A program made the translations under genes and the position numbers. This document shows, one piece after another, positions 45,929 to 52,437 of a stretch of DNA of 52,437 nt. Location: assembly GCA_040004125.1 (NCBI GenBank), contig JBDUBL010000005.1, positions 1-52,437 of the forward strand. Reading direction: 5' to 3'. Below the pieces are notes generated by a model. It made no database searches. It worked only from the letters and a program-made list of their open reading frames with translations, and was not told the origin of the DNA. Origin of the DNA: Actinomycetota bacterium (GTDB lineage Bacteria > Actinomycetota > UBA4738 > HRBIN12). Numbering within the stretch: position 1 is the stretch's first letter; every line of letters begins with the position of its first letter.

Positions 45929-47017
45929 ATGGACCCTGCGGAACTGCTGCGGTACGCCGTCGAGCGGCGCGCGAGTGACGTCCACTTGAAGGCGGGCAAC
46001 GTGCCCTTCATCCGGGTGGACGGCGAGCTGCTGCCGACCCCGTTCGCGGAAATGAGCCCAACCGACGTTCGGCAGTTCGCCGACGCGCTGATGCCGCCGC
46101 ACAAGGCGGAGGAATTCGCGCGGACCCGGGAGGCCGACTTCGCCTACACGATGGAAGGCGTCGGGCGTTTCCGCGTGAACGTGCTGCGCCAATCCGACAC
46201 GGTCGGGCTGGCGATCCGTTGGGTGAGCCCAGAGGATCTGACCTTCGAGGAGCTCGCGCTGCCGCCGGTGATCCGATCGCTTGCGGACACCCGCCGAGGC
46301 TTGATCCTCGTCACCGGTCCGACCGGGTCGGGCAAGACCACAACGATCGCGACCCTGCTCGGCTTTATCAACCGGACGCGGCGCGCCCATATCGTGACCA
46401 TCGAGGACCCGATCGAGGTTGTGTTCACCGATGCGATGTCGGTGATCCGCCAACGCGAGGTCGGCCGCGACACAGAGTCCTACGGCGCCGCGCTTCGCCA
46501 ATCTCTCCGCCAGGACCCCGACGTGATCTTCCTCGGGGAGATCCGCGATCAAGAGACGGCGTTGGCCGCGATCCAGGCCGCGCAGACCGGCCACCTCGTG
46601 CTGTCCACCATGCACACGATCGACGCGCCCGAAACGATCTCGCGGATCGTCGAGATGTTCCCGCCGGGTCAGCAAGCGCAGATGCGCGTGTCGGTTGCCG
46701 GTGCGCTGCGCGGCGTGATCTCCCAGCGGCTCCTCGAGCGGGTGGACGGTCGCGGACGGGTGCCGGCGGTCGAGGTCATGCTCAACACGGGTCGCGTCTA
46801 CGACCGCCTGCTGGATCCCGAACTCGATCCCCCGATGCACGCCGTCATCGCCGACAGCCGCTACGACGGGATGCAGACCTTCGATCAGTCGCTGCTGGAT
46901 CTGGTGCGAGAGGGCCTGGTGACCGAGGACGACGCCCGAGCGGTCGCCACCAGCCCACACGACTTTGGCCTCGCTCTGGTCGCCGCCGCCGCGATCGGGA
47001 GCCCGGCGGATGGATAG
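45929..47017 (+). CDS. pilT: PilT/PilU family ATPase
   Basis: ASDVHL, GPTGSGKTT, TIEDPIE, DPDVIFLGEIRD, TGHLVLSTMHT, GMQTFDQ. Confidence 0.9.
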   Translation: MDPAELLRYAVERRASDVHLKAGNVPFIRVDGELLPTPFAEMSPTDVRQFADALMPPHKAEEFARTREADFAYTMEGVGRFRVNVLRQSDTVGLAIRWVSPEDLTFEELALPPVIRSLADTRRGLILVTGPTGSGKTTTIATLLGFINRTRRAHIVTIEDPIEVVFTDAMSVIRQREVGRDTESYGAALRQSLRQDPDVIFLGEIRDQETALAAIQAAQTGHLVLSTMHTIDAPETISRIVEMFPPGQQAQMRVSVAGALRGVISQRLLERVDGRGRVPAVEVMLNTGRVYDRLLDPELDPPMHAVIADSRYDGMQTFDQSLLDLVREGLVTEDDARAVATSPHDFGLALVAAAAIGSPADG

Positions 47018-50000
47018 CACCGCCGTCGACACCGCCGAGGCGCCGGTCAGCTTCCCGATGTTCGCTGCCGTCGCCGCCGGTATGACCGGCAAGTCGGTCT
47101 ATGAGGTGCTCGAGCTCGTGGGCGGCCTGTTCGAGGCCGCCGGCGCCGTGTTCGAGGGCTCGCCCGACGCGCCCGGGACACTGATCGCGCTGTTGCCGCC
47201 CAGCGACCGGGCGGCGACGAATGCGGCGCAACTCGGCCTGTCGGCGCAGGCGATAGCTCCGGCGTTGCGCCTGGGTATCGACGCCACCGAGGTTCACTCG
47301 AAGCAGGAGCAGGACGCTCGCTGGCAACAGGTGATCGACAGCGCCGTGCGTCTGCAGAAGGCGGCCCGCACGGGAGAGGCTATCGCCGGCGACACGATGG
47401 AACAGCTGACCGATGGCGGCGCCGCAACCGAAGCCCTGCTGGTCGGCGACGAAATCTACCTCCTGTTGACCGGCATGCGAGAACTCAGCGCCGTTCCCGA
47501 TCCGGTCCCGGACGTGGAGGCACCGGTCGCGGTCGAGGAGGAGCCGGTTCCGTTCGTCGAAGCTCCGGTGACGGTCGTGGAGGCACCGGTCGCGGTCGCT
47601 GCCCCGATGATGCACCCGACGGCTCGATGGGACGGACCGCTCGTGGGTCGAGACGCGCAGGTGGAAGATCTGCGCGCACGGTTCGGGCGGGCCGTCGCCG
47701 AGCGACGCGCCGCCTGTGTGCTCGTGCTCGGAGAGCCCGGTGTCGGCCGGACCCGGCTCGTCGCCACGCTCGGGCGCGAGATCGGCGATGCGCGGTACCT
47801 GTCGATCGCCTGTGCGCCAGCGGACATCGGCGGGGCCCGTTGGCCGTTGGCTGCCCTCGTGGAGGCGCTGGCGGGGATCGACGCGCACGCGCGGGTCGAC
47901 GATGCGCACGCGCGACTCGCCGAGTTGTTCGCCGGGCAGGCGGATGCAAATCTGGTCCTGCCCCACCTGCACGCGATCCTTGCGCTCGACGGGGTGACGG
48001 AGGCCGATCGGCTGCCCTGGGCGCTCCGACGCCTCTTCGAGGTGACCGTCCGCTCTCCTACGCTGGTACAGATCGACGATACCGAGCGGGCGGGTGCCGG
48101 ATTCGCTCGCCTCCTGGCCGATGTGACGACCTCGGCGCGCGAGACGCCGCTGCTCATCGCACTCACCTCGACCCACGAGACCGACATGCTCCCCGCGATC
48201 CGGCTCACACCGTTGCGATCCGAGGACGCCGCGTCGTTGGTGACCCACTTGTTGGGGTTCGCCGAGCCGGGGGTCGCCGCGACGATCGCGGAGCGTGTCG
48301 GAGGCAACCCCTTCGTCCTGGAACAAGCCCTCGCGATGCTGACCGAGACCGGAACGCTTGCCGCTGGGCAGGGGCGCTGGATGCCACTGGCCGATCTCAC
48401 GCTGGTGCCGATCCCCGATACATCGATGGGCTTGATCCGCCAGCGTTTACAAACGCTCCCACCCCACGAACTCGCGGTGATCGGTTTGGCGGCCATCGCG
48501 GGCGAACGTGTCGCCGCCGAGCCTCTCCTGGAGGTCGTGCCGGCCGACGCGCGACCCGGTGTGCCGGGACACCTCGCCGACCTCGTTGCGCGGGGCTACC
48601 TCGTGATGGAAACACCGAACACGTTTCGCTTCCGACACCCACTCCTCGCGCAGGCAACGACCGAGGGAGTGCCCGACTGGGCGCAGGCGGCTACACACGA
48701 ACGCTTCGGCCGACACCTCGAGCGGATCGCCGGCGATCGACTCTGGCGACACGCCGACGAGATCGGCGATCATCTCGAGGCCAGCTACCGCCTTCACCCC
48801 GGCGGTCCCTCCGGCGAACGGACCGATGCGCTCGAGATGTTGACCTGGTCCGCGGCGGCAGCCGTCGACCAAGGGAACCTCGACGGGGCCGCCCGCCTCG
48901 AGCGACGCGCAGCCTCCTTGCTCGATGACGATCCCGCCCGCCGCGCCGAGTTCCTCTACGCCGCGGCCGAGCACCGCGCGCTGGCCGCGCCGGATCGCCC
49001 AGCCGACCGCGAGATCGCGGAGGCCGCTCTGGCTGCCTCGGTTGCCGGTGACGATGTGGATTGGCGTGTGCGTCTGCTGCGAGCACGCCTGCGCACGACC
49101 GCCGGACATGAAGATGCGCTCGAAGGCGCGCGCGCGACCGCCGACGAAGCCATCGCGGCGTTCGCCGACGACGGGCTCACCTGGGCCCTGTCCGGCGCGT
49201 GGGCGCTTCGTGGTCTCGTGCACGCGACCCGTGCCCAAAATGGCATGGTGGCCGACGACCTGCTCAAGGCAGCCGACAACGCGGCGGCGGCGCACCGCTG
49301 GCATGAGGAGACCGCGGCGTTGCGTGGCGCAGCGGCGGCGCTTCTCGACGGGCCGGTGCGGGTCGAGGAAGCGGAGGCACGATGTGCATCGTTCCTGCCT
49401 CGGGTGCGCGGTCCACTCGCCGAGCACGACCTGCGCGGCGCCCTCGCGCTGCTGCGGGCTCGTCGTTCGGCGTTCGAGGACGCTCGTTCCGAGATCGCGG
49501 GCTCGATCGCCGAGCTCGAGGAGTTGGGCGCGAACGCCGATCTCGCCGTGGCATTGCATCGAGCAGCCCAGATCGAGATCCTCGTCGGTCAGCCCGCGTC
49601 GGCCGAACCACAGATGCAACGAGCGCTCGCCGCGGCGGCGCTCGTGCACGACGATGGCCTCCGAGCGGCGTTGGCGGCGGCGTTCGCGCACATCCTGATC
49701 GCCGACGACGAACGGCTGGACGAGGCCATGGCGCTGGCAGACGTGGCCGAGGCGCATGCGCGCGACATGGCGGCGCAGGTCGGGTGGCGCATGGCGCGCG
49801 CGCGTGTGATGGCCCGTCGGGGCCGTGGCGCGTTGGCCGAGCGGCTCGCTCGCGAGGGCCTCGGGTTGGCCGAACAGACCGACTCCACGGACCTACGGGC
49901 CAACGCGCTGTTGGATGCCGCCGACGTCCGGCGACAGGCCGGCAGGCCCGCCGAGGCCGAGCCGTTCGAACGGCGGGCGCTCCGGCTGTTCGAGCGCAGG

Positions 50001-50318
50001 GGGGCGACAGCCCAGGCGGCGGCCATCACGGGTGTTCGCCCGCACGAAGCGCAGCCACAGCCGAAACCCGCTCCTGCGCCTGCGCTCGCCACGACCGCGA
50101 CCGCCAACCCGCCGCCGGCCGCAGCGGATAGCGGCGCGGCACACCTGGCAGAAGAGTTTCCCAACCTGTCGGCAAACGGAGGCGAGCCCGCCCGCGCAAT
50201 GGACCCCTTGCGCGATGACAACGCGGTCACGCCGCCTCCCGCCCAGACGCCCGTCACCTACGCCCTCGACGACCTCAGCGCCGAGGACGAGTCGAAGCGC
50301 CGCTGGTTCAACCGGTAG
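47010..50318 (+). CDS. Large STAND-like AAA ATPase with helical/TPR-like C-terminus, degenerate motifs
   Basis: LVGRD, GEPGVGRTRL, QIDD, GGNPF, FRFRHPL, Ala-rich helical repeats; ATG overlaps the PilT 3' end. Confidence 0.8.
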   Translation: MDSTAVDTAEAPVSFPMFAAVAAGMTGKSVYEVLELVGGLFEAAGAVFEGSPDAPGTLIALLPPSDRAATNAAQLGLSAQAIAPALRLGIDATEVHSKQEQDARWQQVIDSAVRLQKAARTGEAIAGDTMEQLTDGGAATEALLVGDEIYLLLTGMRELSAVPDPVPDVEAPVAVEEEPVPFVEAPVTVVEAPVAVAAPMMHPTARWDGPLVGRDAQVEDLRARFGRAVAERRAACVLVLGEPGVGRTRLVATLGREIGDARYLSIACAPADIGGARWPLAALVEALAGIDAHARVDDAHARLAELFAGQADANLVLPHLHAILALDGVTEADRLPWALRRLFEVTVRSPTLVQIDDTERAGAGFARLLADVTTSARETPLLIALTSTHETDMLPAIRLTPLRSEDAASLVTHLLGFAEPGVAATIAERVGGNPFVLEQALAMLTETGTLAAGQGRWMPLADLTLVPIPDTSMGLIRQRLQTLPPHELAVIGLAAIAGERVAAEPLLEVVPADARPGVPGHLADLVARGYLVMETPNTFRFRHPLLAQATTEGVPDWAQAATHERFGRHLERIAGDRLWRHADEIGDHLEASYRLHPGGPSGERTDALEMLTWSAAAAVDQGNLDGAARLERRAASLLDDDPARRAEFLYAAAEHRALAAPDRPADREIAEAALAASVAGDDVDWRVRLLRARLRTTAGHEDALEGARATADEAIAAFADDGLTWALSGAWALRGLVHATRAQNGMVADDLLKAADNAAAAHRWHEETAALRGAAAALLDGPVRVEEAEARCASFLPRVRGPLAEHDLRGALALLRARRSAFEDARSEIAGSIAELEELGANADLAVALHRAAQIEILVGQPASAEPQMQRALAAAALVHDDGLRAALAAAFAHILIADDERLDEAMALADVAEAHARDMAAQVGWRMARARVMARRGRGALAERLAREGLGLAEQTDSTDLRANALLDAADVRRQAGRPAEAEPFERRALRLFERRGATAQAAAITGVRPHEAQPQPKPAPAPALATTATANPPPAAADSGAAHLAEEFPNLSANGGEPARAMDPLRDDNAVTPPPAQTPVTYALDDLSAEDESKRRWFNR

Positions 50319-51610
50319 ACGGCGGCGGCGGGAGCACCTCCCCGACGAGGTCCGCCGATGTGGTGAGGTCCTCGATCGGTGCCTCCGGGACCATGTCCGT
50401 GCTCGAGCGGTGCTTCCCGGCGTCCTTCTCGACCTTGCTCACGACGGCATCGAGTCTCTTCTTCGCTGACCCGATCCCCTCGCCCCCGTTCGAGCCACCG
50501 GCCAGCGTGTTCATCAACGTCGCCGCCAATCCCTCGACCGAGCCGCCCCCGCCGGCGACGAGCACGTCGGGCACGACCTTGACGTGGCCTTCGCTCACCG
50601 CCTGGGCAACGGCGACGATCGCGGTCGCGCCCGAACCAAAGGCGTCGGTCTGCGCCTCGTACCCGACCGCGCGCGCGAGTCCCTGGGCCTCGATCGCGCG
50701 CGCCTCCGCGACGCCGATCGCCTGGGTCCGGGAGGCCTGCGCCTCGCCGGTCATGCGCGTGAAGTTCGCTTCGCCCTCAGCCTCGGCGGTGCGTGCCGCC
50801 GCATTGTTCCGCCGCCGTTGTCCATGAAGCGTTGGGTCCTGGTAGTTGTTATGCAGGTTGTTCTTGCTACCGAGGAGCAGCTCCATGATCTCCTGGTCGA
50901 GGCGCCCCTCGGCTTCCATGGCTTCGACGTCGGTGTATCCCCCCAGTCGCCCGGCGATGTCGCCGGAGGGGAGCGGGTCGCCTTCGAGGGTCGTCACCAC
51001 GCCGACGTAGTCGACGTCGCCCTCGGGCGCAATCCGCACGACCTGCAATTCATTCAGCTGGAGCCCGAAGGACTCATAGGTGAGTTGGTTCGTGGAATCC
51101 ACGATCGAAAGCATGTCTGGCGACACGGGAAACCCGAATGTCTGCGCGTAGGTCAACACGAGGAACCCGACCGGGTGCATAGGCACGAGCGAGCCCGGAG
51201 GCAGCACCGGACGCTGCACGCCCTGCTGTCCGCCTTGGTCGATGAACGACCTGACGTCGGCGAAGTTGCCGAACGCCGGGTTGTAGAAGGCGCTCTTCGC
51301 GCCCGGCGGTAACGGCGCACCTACCTGCGCGATCACCACGCCGATCCCGTCTGCCGGCACCTGCACCCACGGGAACTTCTTGACGGAGTACACGAGCCAC
51401 GGCCGGAAGCGCAACCCCGGCATCAGGAGGCTCGCCTGATACCCGGCCTCGCCCTTGAAGGCGATTACGTGACCTTCCCGCAGCTGCCCGCCGAGGCGTT
51501 TGGCCACGAGTCCAGACCTCGGTCGGACCGATGTAGCTGAACGATAGAAGCAGATACAACGCGATCGCTCCGATGATGACGATCGTGATCAACGACGTGC
51601 TGATGTTCAT
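50308..51610 (-). pseudogene. SPFH/flotillin-family gene with frameshifts and an apparent internal deletion
   Basis: ATG 51610 (GGGAGGGG RBS) reads ...IGPTEV, then shifts near 51514 to GLVAKRLG; second shift near 50835; jumps to a flotillin-like tail near 50810. Confidence 0.75.
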
Positions 51611-51734
51611 GGCCCCTCCCGATGTTGCAGTCCTTTGACGGTTCGCCGAAGCGGGTGCTGCGGTTCGAGGCAACCATCGCACGCGGATCAACTAGTCCTC
51701 AAGTGCTACCCCCCAATCGGCCGATAGGACGGGC

Positions 51735-52394
51735 ATGATGACATCGGTTCGACTCCGTCTGCTCACCGGCCTCGCCACACTCGCCCTGGTCCTCGGAGGG
51801 GGGGCCGCGCTCGCCTCCACGGGAACGAACGAGCCCGCCCCGGACCCGTCCTGCACGACGCAGGCGTCAACCGATCAGTCGGTGGATCCCACGACCGACT
51901 CCACCGAGGCACCGGCCGACGAGCCATCCACGGATCCTTCGCTTGCGCCCGACACCGCGTGTGACGACGAAGGGACCGATCCGAGCGAGGTCCCGGACCC
52001 CTCGGACACCGAAACCGACACCGCCACGGAGACCCCGACCGATGACCCCACTGCCTCGGACACCCCGAGCCCTGCCGATCGCGTGGCCGAGTGCAACACG
52101 GCCGCCGGGATCGACCCGACGGCACCGCCCAGCACGGAGAGCCCTACGCTCGCGACGGGTCTCGACAACGCGATCTCGCACGTGCTTGCGAACTGCATCA
52201 AGAACCCGGACGCGCCGGGTCTCGCGAACGCCCTCGAGCATCTGGTCGTGAACCGCGACCGAAAGGCGGCGCACGACGCGGCCCACGGCAACGGCGGGAT
52301 CCACGGCAACAGCAGCACGCACGGCAATAGCGGGACCCACGGCAACAGCGGGACCCACGGCAACAGCGGCACGCACGGCAACAGCGGCCACTAG
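51735..52394 (+). CDS. Secreted acidic Pro/Thr/Asp-rich protein with C-terminal HGNSGT repeats
   Basis: Signal peptide ending ALA; low-complexity linker; GLDNA/GLANA helices; hexapeptide repeats. Confidence 0.8.
   Translation: MMTSVRLRLLTGLATLALVLGGGAALASTGTNEPAPDPSCTTQASTDQSVDPTTDSTEAPADEPSTDPSLAPDTACDDEGTDPSEVPDPSDTETDTATETPTDDPTASDTPSPADRVAECNTAAGIDPTAPPSTESPTLATGLDNAISHVLANCIKNPDAPGLANALEHLVVNRDRKAAHDAAHGNGGIHGNSSTHGNSGTHGNSGTHGNSGTHGNSGH
52284..52391 (+). repeat. Six 18-bp coding tandem repeats, consensus CACGGCAACAGCGGSACS
   Basis: Units start at 52284, 52302, 52320, 52338, 52356 and 52374. Confidence 0.93.
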
Positions 52395-52401
52395 TCGACC
52401 C

Positions 52402-52434
52402 AGCGGGTGCCCGCGCGAAGCGCGGGCACCCGCT
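52402..52434 (+). terminator. Perfect 15-bp stem hairpin, probable terminator
   Basis: AGCGGGTGCCCGCGC-GAA-GCGCGGGCACCCGCT, 7 nt after the stop. Confidence 0.8.
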
Positions 52435-52437
52435 TCC

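Noticed and set aside
52284-52391. Possible CRISPR or non-coding repeat array
   Set aside because: In-frame 18-bp coding repeats without spacers
1-52437. Many long Arg/Ala/Pro-rich alternative-frame and antisense ORFs
   Set aside because: Expected in high-GC DNA with few stop codons; they overlap motif-bearing genes and show no motifs

Overview
High-GC bacterial DNA, most consistent with an actinobacterium (inferred from gene families, codon style and many leaderless genes). It is densely coding; I found no rRNA, tRNA, CRISPR array, integrase or transposase. (1) 0-7.8 kb: secreted proteins, an LLM/F420 oxidoreductase and oxidative pentose-phosphate genes (zwf divergent from gnd-pgl). (2) About 7.8-30 kb: a SigB/SigF-type general-stress island. 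It holds its own sigma factor, two STAS anti-anti-sigmas, three stand-alone anti-sigma-like proteins and a large multi-GAF PP2C-HATPase. Cargo includes a lipid-remodelling operon, CsbD, a LEA-like protein, hemerythrin, CBS, PRC-barrel and CDGSH proteins, a heme-oxygenase-like enzyme, and several Cys/His microproteins, including a canonical C2H2 zinc finger missed by the ORF track. About a dozen GTTT-N15-17-GGG(T/A)AN promoter matches lie in its intergenic gaps. Six end exactly 9 nt before an ATG, several form divergent pairs, and one points antisense into the regulator genes. (3) 30-52 kb: a DUF6582-like/class III cyclase fusion near a cNMP-binding protein, GH18, TMEM175, an IclR-IMPase-ABC cluster lacking ATPases, a kinase-aminotransferase fusion, an M43 protease, an orphan PilT coupled to a degenerate STAND-like protein, a broken SPFH gene and a secreted His-Gly-Asn repeat protein. 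All family calls come from reading motifs by eye; no database search was run.
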